Source: Octopus vulgaris (lineage: Eukaryota). Taken from it: a DNA stretch of 64,000 nt. The notes below the pieces were generated by a model. It did not search any database. It was not told the DNA's origin and saw only the letters and a program-made list of their open reading frames with translations. The stretch spans positions 28,086,001 to 28,150,000 of the forward strand of contig OX597822.1 in the NCBI GenBank assembly GCA_951406725.2, given 5' to 3'. Below, piece by piece: positions 13,937 through 27,417 of the stretch. The stretch's first letter is position 1. Each line of letters begins with the position of its first letter. A program made the position numbers and the translations under genes.

Positions 13937-16619
13937 GTGTTTGTGTGTGTGTGTGCGTGTGTGTGTGTGTGTGTGTTTGAAAGTCTATGAGGATTACTTA
14001 ATGAGTTTTTGAAGCGTAAAGTTGGTATTTTAAAAATTTATTTAAAAGATAATCTTATGAAATTTTTTATGAGGACGTTACTTTTTGAGAATATATATAT
14101 GTGTGTGTGTGTGTGCGTGTGTTTATACATACACATATGTATGTTTGCATGTATGTATATATGAATGCATGTATGTGTGTATGTATGTACGTATGTATGC
14201 ATATAGGTATGTATGTGTTCGTATATGTTCTCTTCATCATTTGACAACCGATGTTAGTTCGTTTATGTCCCCGTAACGGCATCGGCAGTAAATGCTGATA
14301 GAATCAGTACCAGACTTAATAGTAAATAAATGGTGTGATTTTGTTCAACTAAACCCGTCAAGGCGGTGCACCAGCATGGCCGCAGACCGACTGCGGCCAT
14401 GAAATAAGGAGACGCAAATAAAAGCTTACTAAAAAGATAAAAGATTTTTTCTGAAACAAGTAAACGATAAAAGATATTTTATACACAGAAAAAGATGTTT
14501 TAAAACTCATAAACTGTTGGATAGTTAAGAACATCACTGAGCTCCTCTTTTAGGCTTTTATGAAAGGTTTGCTTTTAGCTCATTGTCATCGTAGTCATTA
14601 TTAAGCTCAAAGTCAGACATCATTGGACATTCCAATCATGACCATTTACTCTGATTTATATATCTGGTACTACATTTTCTAATGAATCCTTTTGTGAATA
14701 CAGTAGAATTTCGTTTGAGATGTGGGTGAATGCAGTCAATTATTATAGCAAGCTACATATATATCCTTTATGTGTATTGAATTTATAATTTAAATCTTAT
14801 GAATTCTGTGGTTAATCTCTTTACGATAATAATAGTAGCTGGTTGGTTGATTTTCTTCAGGCAAAATTTATAATGTATACAGAGGGGAAGAGAAAATAAA
14901 AGATAGAAGGAGAGATAGACAGGCGGAGAGTAAGATGAGTGCACATATTCGGCTTCGCGTCAGGAGGAAGAGGAGGTAAACGTGGAGTAAAGGAGAAACT
15001 GTTTATGTGAAGAGTAAAGCAAATGAGAAACCTGTTTCAATTAATTTTATTCGAAAATAATAAATATTTATCTTTTGTAAATTAAAATTCATTTCATTTT
15101 GTATATGCAGCATGTATGTATTTTTATGTTTACCATATTTCCTGATATTACACATGATGACAAAAGTCCACGTCCAAAGTTACCCTTGATATGACAGGTA
15201 ACACTCTAGTCTTATTCGTAATACTGCTGCTGTTGATGTATGCTTTAAATCATGACTGAGACAACATCTGTTGTCTGTTGATTTCAGAGGTCTTATCATT
15301 AGGATTGGCACTCCGTCGGTTGCGACGACGAGGGTTCCAGCTGATCCGATCTACGAAGCAGTCTGCTTCTCTGATTAACGTGTAAGTGCTGAGCACTCCA
15401 CAGACACGCATAACCTTAACGGGAGATTCAGCGCAGAGTGGGACAAGATTAACCCTTTGAATTACCGTTACTACTCACTTTTGCCGGTTCAGTGGACTGG
15501 TCAACGTGAAATAAAGTGTCTTGTTCAAGGACACAAGACGCCACCAGGAATCGAACTAACGACCTTACGATCGTGAGTCGAATATCCCTAACCACTAAAC
15601 CATGCGCCTTTACGGTCCTATATTTAACGCACAAAGAAGTCATGACCAACGCATTTTTTCACATGATAACTTCATCTTGGGAACTGAACTACTGATTAGG
15701 GTGTACGGGACCAGTCGAAACTATCGGTGCGTTAGGCCTCTTTAAACCTGGTAGAGCACATATCACTCCAGGTCTGACCCCAGCCGGTTTCTTTTTCAAA
15801 GAGACCGACTTCAAAAAAATGTTTAAAAAAACAGACAGTTGAGAGAAACAAAAGGAGACTAATCGAAACCAATATAGAACTTATTTTCTTTATCGACCCC
15901 GACAAGATAAAATGCATTGCTGGTAAAAGGTAATGGTATTTGAAGTGAGGGGGAAGATAGCTAGAACGAATCCTGCCCTCAAGACAATCTATGAAACCGA
16001 TCAACGATTCGACCACTTCGCCGCTTTTTCACATAATTTTGCGCATTCAAATTTGAGAATTGAGGAGGGATAAAAGCCAACATGTAATTATTTGTCAGGC
16101 ATTTTTTTTTCATTCTGTTGATAAATTAGCAAAGTTAAAATGATAGAACTTAACATAATGAAAGGTCTAGAAAGATTGGCAACACAGAACTCATTTATGC
16201 GCAGCACCAGCAACTTCATGTCAATGTCGGCAGGAAAAATGTGTGGGAAGTAAGAGAATTGGAAATAAAGTACAACAGATTGAGTTCTTTTTTTAAAACA
16301 AAATACTCTCAGACAATGTGGTGATGCTAAAATGTGCCCTACCAAAACGAAAGAAGCCTTCCCTAGAGCAATTAAATTATTTTGTCAGTCTTTAAACAGT
16401 GAAATCAGAAACTTATTCGTTTGCGGATGAAAAGATTTTATCCTTTGGTCTTGGTTCTGTATTCGATATATAAATGAATTAAAAGTACGCATACATAAAC
16501 ACGTGTGTGTCGGTATGAAAAATCGCTCCAATACACCACGACGTTCGAAGCTTTTGAACCTTTTGTACTTTTCGTAACATTTTAGACTTTCTAAATTTTT
16601 TGAATTTTCTGCTTTTTCC

Positions 16620-16773
16620 CATTGTAGTTTTGTTTCTTTCTGTGTTCTTTTCTGTGGAAGAGCGTAGGCTCGAAACGTTAAAGACTTTTTCACTTCCCGA
16701 GCGTTATACTAATACATCTGTTTGTTGTCTACACCACCTTTCTTCGCCTTTTGTTTTTTGTGAATTCTCCCTA
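16620..16773 (+). mobile_element. Penelope-like terminal fragment with minimal HHR-like motif (16652-16680)
   Basis: CTGTGGA-A-GAGC-GTAG-GCTC-GAAAC-GTTA, then the conserved tail running into TA/TG repeats. Confidence 0.65.
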
Positions 16774-16850
16774 TGTATATATATGTGCGTGTGTGTGTGT
16801 GTATGCGTGTGTATAAATACATATATATCTATATATATACCTACACACAC

Positions 16851-16917
<67 letters not shown>

Positions 16918-17285
16918 GGAAGCACTCCGTCGGTTACGACGATGAGGGTTCCGGTTGATCCGAATCAACGGAACAGCCTGCTCGTGAAATTAACGTGTAA
17001 GTGGCTGAGCACTCCACAGACACGTGTACCCTTTACGTAGTTCTCGGGGATATTCAGCGTGACACAGAGAGTGACAAGGCCGGCCCCTTGAAATACAGGT
17101 ACAACAGAAACAGGAAGTAAGAGTGAGAGAAAGTTGTGGTGAAAGAGTACTGCAGGGATCACCACCACCCCCTGCCGGAGCCTCGTGGAGCTTTTAGGTG
17201 TTTTCGCTCAATAAACACTCACAACGCCCGGTCTGGGAATCGAAACCGCGAGTCCGCTGCCCTAACCACTGGGCCATTGCGCCTC

Positions 17286-17287
<2 letters not shown>
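16918..17287 (-). mobile_element. Near full-length tRNA(Arg)-derived SINE family C
   Basis: Head GGAGGCGCAATGGCCCAGTGGTTAGGG; tail GGATCAACCGGAACCCTCATCGTCGTAACCGACGGAGTGC shared with ~15305-15610 and ~41110-41430. Confidence 0.88.
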
Positions 17288-18516
<1,229 letters not shown>

Positions 18517-20218
18517 TGCTAGTAGTTATGTAGGTAGTGTGTATGTAGAGAGGCAGGTAGATTTTCAGGAAAATAGGAACGTACGTAAAGACATAGATAT
18601 ATGAATAGATATTTATGCAATCTATAACCCAACGTTTTTGCACATATACGAGTCACTCGTGTCTTTCACTATGAAATGATAATATACAAAAACAGATAAT
18701 ATTTAGATTCTTTTCAAGGAGGTTTTGGTTTTATAAAATGCTTTGAGACGTTGCTAGGCACTACAGTGGACTATGACATTAGCTGAATGTGATAAGAAAA
18801 TTGTCTAATGCTATAAATAACTCTTGGTCACCAACAGTAGCTGAAAGTCCACTGGCTGCACAAGAAACCGCAAAGAGACACGATTATAGATATGTAGTAT
18901 ATGGACGTCATAGTTCTCTGTCTGCTTGAGTGAAAGAAATGGACAGATAGTGTTGAAGGAGAAAAAAGATAAAAAGAGTGGTTGATGTAAGCGATTTTAT
19001 TGAACAGAAATATATACCTTAGTGATGTTTATGTATAGCTATAAGAATATTAACATTTGCTTATGTTTTTTATCCTTTAATGTTCTTTCGCATAAATGAA
19101 AATAACATGTTTAACCATACCTTTGATGGTTATATGAAAGAGAGAGTGACACAGACAGTGACTGTTTAATAATTAGTGGACGGTTCTACGATGACCATCA
19201 TAAACACCAAGATATAGACTCAAAGATGGTGACTGGATAGTATTATATTATAACCACCATATGGTTTGATTTAGACATTGAATTTTGGAACGAATGCCAA
19301 GTTGACCTAGACAAGTGAGAAGTCTGGATAGAATGTGTTTAGGAGCGAATTGGCATTGACTTTTCCAGTCTCTGAGGATTTTACCTATAATGGATAGCCA
19401 TTTGTCTCCGAAATGCTAATAGTACCTATTTATATATTGACCCGGTAATAGATAATTGCTTTATTAATGCTACTATGGTGTAGTATAATGCAGGAAATGA
19501 GAAGCGGGAGAAATGTGTACAATGTTGAATGCCTTATATTTGTCTACACCGTGAGAAAATTGAAGAAATAGCTAATGATATGGCATTTCGTCACTTTTAT
19601 CACCTCAGCAACTAAATATACATCTCTAACAGTGCATTACTTAATTCAAGATACATATATATATATATATATATTCTTTTATACTTTTCAGTTATTGTAT
19701 TGAACGGTTTTACTCGAACGAAACGAGTAATTATCTTTTTTAAGCGTTGCACTTAATCTATCGGTCTTTATGTTGAAGTGCTTTAGCTATTAGAATATAA
19801 ACACCCGTTATCAAGCGGTTGGGAAGACAAACAAAAACAGAGAAAAAGCATACACGTGCAAATTAATATGTGTGTATACACATACATGCATACATACATA
19901 CATGCACACACATATATATAAATATATGTGTGTGTATATATATAGATATATATATAAATATATGTTTGTATGTATGTATGTATATGTATATAATCCTGGC
20001 GGTTACCGTGTTAACTCTTAGATCGGTTCTCAACGCCGACTAGCCACAGTCAATGTTAATGATACTCGAGCTAGTGATAATTTACTAGACCCGGTCATTA
20101 TCCTCGCTTGGTAAATCTGAATGTCCTTTCAGGCAACCGAAACGTGCATAGGTCCAAGAGAAGAATGTTGTAAGTAACTGCATAATAAAATTTGGATGTG
20201 TAAACCTCCGTTAATTCC

Positions 20219-20259
<41 letters not shown>

Positions 20260-20262
<3 letters not shown>

Positions 20263-20410
20263 ACCACATGTCTTCCTTTCTATTGGACTTTCCTCTGTTT
20301 CTGAAGAAGGGTGTTGCTCGAAACGTTAAGCCGTTTTTCTTTCCTTCCCTGAGCGTCTACTGATACTTTACATGTACCACGTCGTCGTGTTGTACTTTTT
20401 TGTGTGTTCT

Positions 20411-20412
<2 letters not shown>
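20260..20412 (+). mobile_element. Penelope-like terminal fragment with minimal HHR (20301-20328); relative at 33470-33660 (HHR 33543-33569)
   Basis: CTGAAGA-A-GGGT-GTT-GCTC-GAAAC-GTTA, between TA tracts. Confidence 0.65.
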
Positions 20413-20486
<74 letters not shown>

Positions 20487-20509
20487 ATTTATATTTGTGT
20501 GTATGTATA

Positions 20510-20559
<50 letters not shown>

Positions 20560-21475
20560 CACACACTTAGTACTTACATATATATATACACATATATTAT
20601 ATGTAGACACAAACATACATTCATTGATTTGCATAGTTATTTGCATATTTATATATATGCGTTAATACAAATAATCTCTCCTTTATATCACTATATTTCT
20701 ATACGAGAGGATTTCTCTTGGCGAAGACAGCAGTAATATACCTCTCTAACAACACCTTCACGTCCAGTACGTTATAGAGATTGCGATTCCATTCTTATAT
20801 GTTTCCGCATATTTAATTTTTTAAAGAGCCTGATGGTTATCTGCGACATCAGTGAGTGAATACTCATTGTTTTTCTTATATATCTGCAACTGCGAAATTT
20901 GACTAGCGTGCAGCGAGTGAATGTCTGCATCTGAATAAGAACAAACACACAGAGATCATGTTATCTAGTAGTTCCGCAACCGGTGCTGTGCAATTCTTGT
21001 TTTCTACCGGTATTTCCTATATATTTTTTCTACCGGTATTTCCTATATAAGAGGATTATATTAGTATTATAATAGTACCATACCAATATGGCATTCTAAC
21101 AATACATACATTTTTAGTCGGATATAAAAGTTGCAATTCGGTAGCAATACTTCTTCCATCGCTATTATTTAATGTATACACAAAGCAGCGAGCTGGCAGT
21201 ATCGTTAACGCGCTGGGCAAAATGTTCAGCGACGTTTCGTCCACCTTACGTTCTGAGTTCAAATTCCGTCGGGATCGGCTGTGCCTTTCATCCATTAGGG
21301 CTCGATTAAACATGTACAAGTTAAGCACTGGGCTTGATGTGATCGACATACCCCATCAACCAAAATTCCTGACCTTGGGACAAAATATGAAACCATTATC
21401 TAATATACATATATGAGTACAAATACATACATGTAAATACACACGTATGTATATGTATAGATATATACGTGTATG

Positions 21476-21536
<61 letters not shown>

Positions 21537-21574
21537 TCTGTGTTGATAGATAGATAGATAAAGAGATAGATAGA

Positions 21575-21869
21575 TCTCTTTATTGGCCATGCGGGGCTGA
21601 ACACAGAAGGAACAAAATACAAAGTAGAGCTTTTCTTTTTGGGAAGAAGAGAAGGAAAAAAAGGTGTCGAATTCCGATCAAAAGGGATCGTAAAAAAGAA
21701 AAAAAATTGGGGACGTTCAATAGGGATCGTGTATCACAGAAATGTCAATTTAAAAAGGGAAAACAGATTAGGTCTGTCCGTGGATAGAAAAGCCTACGGA
21801 AAAGTCCACGGGAACCTTGGGCAATAGTGTCATGCAAAAAGAAAACACATTACAGTAAGTGGCTCCCTT

Positions 21870-21870
<1 letters not shown>
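21575..21870 (-). mobile_element. Probable non-LTR retrotransposon 3' end inserted in (TAGA)n
   Basis: Flanked both sides by (TAGA)n; minus strand ends GTTCAGCCCCGCATGGCCAATAAAGAGA, similar to the SINE family A tail. Confidence 0.55.
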
Positions 21871-21933
<63 letters not shown>

Positions 21934-22806
21934 CGTATGATGTGTAGGCGTGCGCGCATTTTCGTATTTCTTTACACCCTCTGGTGATAAGTGTTCGTTT
22001 GTTTACGTCCTCTGTCTCTTAGAGAGCAAGCAATGAAGTCAATAGACAAAAAAAAAACAGATTTAAGCAAGATTAAGCACAGATGTTAATGTGCTCGACC
22101 AAACACATTAAGGGAAATAACGCAGCCTGACCGCAGACGAATGACTGGAACATATAAAAGAAAAGAAATGAAATAAAAAAGGCTAACCTTTGTTAAATTC
22201 GCGCCCATTAGCGTTCATCAGTTCATCTCTTTTTTTTTTTTTAACGCTCCCTTGTCTGCGTCAAGTCACAATCTAGAGTTACATGATTTCTGTTCAGAGC
22301 TTTCGGGAATTTATTCCTCTTATTAACTTTGGTGCTGGTTGTTCCTTCTGGAGCCATGCCTGTCTCACAAGGGCCGGTTTCCTTTTTTCATTGGTGTATA
22401 GGTTCCCTACCTGGACGGGACGCCGATGCGTCGCAAGGGAGCTGCTATATACAGGAGAAAAGAGTGAGAGAAAGAGCCAGCAGAGATTCGCCATTACCTT
22501 CTGCCGGAGCCGTGTGGAGCTTAGGTGTTTCGCTTATAAACACACATACGAACCGGTCTGAGATTCGAACCCACGATCTTTCGATCGCGAGTCCGCTCCT
22601 CCAACCACTTGGCCATTTGCCTCCACTTATTAACATTACAAATCAGTTTTTATTAATGGATAGAAATGTATATAGAAAAAACTGCAGTACCTATACGACG
22701 ATTAAGCTTTATTCATAATTATTTTGAACTTAATAGACACAATTATGGAGCGAGTTATAGCTGTGGTAAGTGACAGCTTTTACAACGAAAGAAGTTAAAG
22801 GAGCGT

Positions 22807-22885
<79 letters not shown>

Positions 22886-23974
22886 CTTGTGTGTGATGGG
22901 CAGCATGCACGCACGCACACGCACACACATATATACTCACAAACATTATATGATTATACAGGCTGATTTAAATTTATATTTTATGAAAAGAGATGTATTC
23001 AGAATTCCGTTTTTAAGCATGTAAGTATGTATGTCATTATTCAGTTTATTTCAAGATTTCTTGCCAATGGAAAAAGAATCAGTCTCTAATCTAGATCCAA
23101 GACTCCTTCATCGGAATTTCAACATCGACAACAGGGTATTTTTGTATGTATGTATGTATGTATGTATGTATGTATGTATGTATGTATGAATGTATGTAGT
23201 TATATACGTATTTACGTATGAACGAATTTATGTATGTATATATATATATGTATGCATGTTGGTAGGCACGTACGTACACACGCAGATAGGTAGCCAGGCA
23301 TGAATGTGCGTGTGTATGTGTATACATGTTGATATACATATATGTGTGCATATACATACATATATATAATTTTAAAATAGGATAAAATCTTCATAAGAAT
23401 TTATCAAGTAGTTAGCGTGCAAAACCTCATAAGAAAAAATAAAGCTGTATTTTGGAGCATCACTGAACATACATATATATGTGTGTGTGTTCAGGGACCC
23501 CCAAAATAGCCAAGCAGTGTTTGTAAATTTGACGCGTCGACAATTAGTATCTTCTACAATTTCAATTTTTTCCTTAAAACACAGCAGAAAATTAGATAAG
23601 TTTTCTTTTAAATTCTTGCTTAGTATTTAAAGTTTCAAGAACATATCTTAAAATTCCAAGAAGTGTATTAGATTTCTTTTATTTGGAAATTTAAATGTTT
23701 AAATCAAAAGTTGTGCGCAAGAAGTAGTAGTTAAAGCTTGGATAACGAGATTAAATTCTTTTTTTTTTTCAAATTTTTTTATGCAAGATAAGACTTCAAA
23801 CAAAAAGTATTTCCATGCTGATGAGGGTATTAATAATCTAATTACTACTCTGTAAAGCAGTAGCAACGTGTTCTCAGATATACAAACTACTAGAGACTAT
23901 TCTCACCCTATCTATCTCTATCGCTCTCACTCCCCCTCTCTCTCTCTAAATATATATATATACATAAATATATA

Positions 23975-24020
<46 letters not shown>

Positions 24021-24499
24021 TGTAAACATATATATATATATATACATATATACGCATAGCTGTATATATGCGTATATACATATGTATGTGTGTGTTTTTT
24101 TAATACATACATATATAGACATACGGTAATTTTATATACATACATATATGTATATAAATATATATATGTTCACATATTTTATTGTATATACACACACATA
24201 AACGCACACGCACATATATATACATATATATAACGCGGTGAGTTGGCAGAATCATCACCGTGCGGGAAAATGCTTAGAGCTGTTTCTTTCGATTTATGTT
24301 CCGGGTTCAAATGCCGCCGGAGTCGACTTTGCTTTTCATCCATTCGGGGTCGATAAAACAGAGTATCAGCTCAACACTGGTGTCTATGTAATCGACTTAC
24401 CCGCTCGCCCGAAATTTCTGGCCTTGTTCCAAAATTTGAATCCAATAAAATACTTACATACATACAAATGCAACTACAATAATTTACACTTCCAGAAAA

Positions 24500-24960
24500 C
24501 TGATTGAAGAAAGAACCTGGGGGTCTTAAACGACTGCGAATTGGGATAGAATGAAAGGCCCAGAATAACTGTGAGGGAAGATTAAACTTCCAGAAGGACC
24601 ATTCAGATCGCTTCCAGAAGGACCATTCAGAGAAGGCTGATAGATTTTGGTTCTCCCTCTGAAATATGTGTCAAAAGGAATCTATTAGCACAAAAATACA
24701 TAAAGATTGTATATTTTGGCTAAATATTGTAACAACCATTCAGACTGGGTCTTCTGGAGTGATGCTCCAAAATACAGCTTAGTAGCGTTGCTCCAGAAAC
24801 CTGACTTCAGGAAAACAATGAGAGATTGTAACCTGAATATGTTTCAGTTAATGTAAAGAGTGACGTAAGTTGAACCATCGTATAAGGTGCAGTTTCCTCT
24901 GCAAGTATGAATAGAGACACTCATTTATTGTCTTGGAATATCCAAAATTGTTAGAGACCG
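24500..24960 (+). mobile_element. Heavily decayed CR1-like LINE fragment
   Basis: KNLGVL resembles the KDLGV motif and LLE*CS resembles LEYCS; many stops and frameshifts. Confidence 0.35.
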
Positions 24961-25134
24961 CATTATTTCTCAGCCTGCAAAAATTATTTCTTGTGAAAAA
25001 CAAAGAAATTTTTAACAATGCAATAATACTGTGCACAATACGAAACCAATAAAAAACATACTAAAAGAAAACTCCCTAAAGATTACATTCAGGCTAGGTC
25101 AGGTTACAGATATTAAAAACAAGAAAATAATTTT

Positions 25135-25523
25135 TATATAACGTAAAGTGTACTAGCCATCTGAATGTGGCTAGCCACTGGGGGTGGGTGTTACTGAAGC
25201 TTTTAGCCCCAGGAGATCGTCGTCTCCAGCTGGCTTTAGACACACTCTCTGTGCGCTTCTGATATTTGCAAAGGGAGGTCATCCCCTCTCGAAAACCTAA
25301 GTGATACATACGGACTATAGTTTCGAGGTAATTGCCTCTCGTCAACGTACGGTAATCACCGGTTTTCGAGAGGGGATGACCTCCCTTTGCAAATATCAGA
25401 AGCGCACAGAGAGTGTGTCTAAAGCCAGCTGGAGACGACGATCTCCTGGGGCTAAAAGCTTCAGTAACACCCACCCCCAGTGGCTAGCCACATTCAGATG
25501 GCTAGTACACTTTACGTTATATA
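25135..25523. repeat. Perfect 163-bp inverted repeat (25135-25297 / 25361-25523) with 63-nt spacer
   Basis: No mismatch seen; the ORF track shows the identical peptide on both strands; ends in TATA. Confidence 0.97.
25301..25359 (-). ncRNA. Type I hammerhead ribozyme, U3 variant, filling the palindrome spacer
   Basis: GTACG-TTGACGA-GAGG-CAATTA-CCTC-GAAAC-TATA-GTC-CGTAT; stems I, II and III pair; stem I extends via GTGAT/ATCAC. Confidence 0.75.
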
Positions 25524-25556
25524 CACATACATATATACATACACATATACGTATAC

Positions 25557-25595
<39 letters not shown>

Positions 25596-25599
25596 CATT

Positions 25600-25637
<38 letters not shown>

Positions 25638-25681
25638 TGTGTGTGAGTGTGTTATAATTTAGAACAAACGGAAAAAGTTAT

Positions 25682-25749
25682 CATTATAGTACTAGGTGTT
25701 TCGAATGTCGGAGCGAAGAGCTACGATGCATTCTCGTCAGCTATTAATG
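25682..25749 (-). ncRNA. Canonical type I hammerhead ribozyme
   Basis: CATTAATAG-CTGACGA-GAATG-(21 nt)-CATTC-GAAAC-ACCTA-GTA-CTATAATG: intact core, 8-bp stem I with one bulge, 5-bp stem II. Confidence 0.8.
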
Positions 25750-26176
25750 GATATATGCAACATGCATTTTAACGCATGAAAATTCCAAGCGCTGCGCTAC
25801 CAACACACAAAGCTCAATGAAAAGCAGGCAGGATACTCTAGCCCATGAGGGATTGCAAAATCAGTGTGCAACCTGGACACTGACATGAGCAATGATGCAT
25901 TTTTCCAGGTCAATCCAGACGGTTGGACTGATGGATCCTTCGAACTTTCAGAACGAGAGAACAGGAAACCGTGATGGTCCTCTGAACGACATTCTTCCTC
26001 AGCCGTTTGGATTATTGCTCCTAACTGTGGTCACCATACAATGTAAAATTAACACCGGAACTCGAACCAATCCAGCGAAGCTACTCATAGGTGATCGTTT
26101 CAATGCGACGCGTCAGCCGCTGGCTGAGAGTGAAAATGATCTCTACTTCCTAGAACGAAGGAGGGAAAGATAAGCA

Positions 26177-26337
<161 letters not shown>

Positions 26338-26447
26338 TTTAACTGTTATACATATATGCATAGATACATATACAATATTATATATATATACACACAAACA
26401 TATGAATACTCACGTATATACATATATAGGCACGCGTATATACATCT

Positions 26448-26825
26448 ATATAATAATATAATGAAAATATTGCATACAGTGCTCAGGTGCACCACAATTT
26501 CTCAAAAGTGCGTATAAAGCATATGCAGTAATGTACAAATGTCTGGAAATTGAACAGTGTATGAGTCAGATACATGCTTGCATGTGTATGGAGGGGAGAA
26601 AATCAGGTGTAGTGTTGGCGAATCTCAGGAAGCATGGAACTTTTGAAGGATGCAGTGCTCTGACAACTAACAACTGTTCCGGCAGTTTGTTCCATACTTC
26701 AGCAACTCTTAGCGTGAACAAATGTTTCCGAAAGTCATGGAAGCTGGAAGCTGTGCTGTCTTCTGACTTTGTAAACATGTCCACGGGTGTTAGACAGGTG
26801 GAGTTTGAAAAGGTGCTCAGAGTTA
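26448..26825 (-). mobile_element. CR1-type LINE 3' end
   Basis: Translation HDFRKHLFTLRVAEVWNKLP matches the RxxFFxxRVxxxWNxLP CR1 ORF2 C-terminus, followed by a 3' UTR and ATT-rich tail. Confidence 0.8.
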
Positions 26826-27056
26826 ATGTTTGTATATGCACATCATCACACACGCACACACATACACACACACACACACATACTGTATTATATTTGCTTT
26901 AAGTATGATACACAGAATACTACTTTGAATTAATACTGCTTCTGTCACAAATTTTTGTGAAGTCTCTGGCTAAATACGACTACAGAGCTTTGGTAATTAG
27001 TGATCATCTATATCAGTAATGGCTACATTTGTCTTAGAACGTGCTTGTTAGTGGAT

Positions 27057-27104
27057 GCTTGCTACTGATGAGGCTCGAGAAAAGTAGAAATGCGTATTCA
27101 GCAA
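27057..27104 (+). ncRNA. Degenerate hammerhead-like motif in a 293-nt unit with short terminal direct repeat
   Basis: TTGCTA-CTGATGA-GGCTCGAGAAAAGTA-GAAA-TGCG-TA-TTCAGCAA; repeat TATTTGCTTTAAGTATG at 26891 and 27184. Confidence 0.45.
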
Positions 27105-27417
27105 TTCCACCATTGCTATTAGATATATGTTACTGGTGCACTTTCTCGTGATGAATGTCGTAGTTTCTAGGCTTGCAACACCATATTTGCTTTAAGTATG
27201 GTATACAAAAAGCAGCACACACACTCACATATATATGTCTGTGTGTGAGCGTATGTGTGTGTCGGTGTATTTGTGTATATGTGCGTGTGTGTGTACGTGT
27301 ATGCGTATGTATGTATCTATGCCCTTAGTTTTATTTCAAGATTTCTTACCAAAAGATAAAGAGCCGGTTTCTAGTCTAGATCCAAGGCTCCTTAATTGGA
27401 ATTTCAATATCAATAAC

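Noticed and set aside
18640-19430. Very old Tc1-like relic
   Set aside because: Only faint motif echoes and no TIRs; not supportable.
20107-20158. GAAAC...GTC with flanking CTTG/CAAG stem
   Set aside because: The CUGANGA half is missing at the expected position; at most a deleted relic.
25094-25662. Same peptide encoded on both strands
   Set aside because: A trivial consequence of the perfect palindrome.
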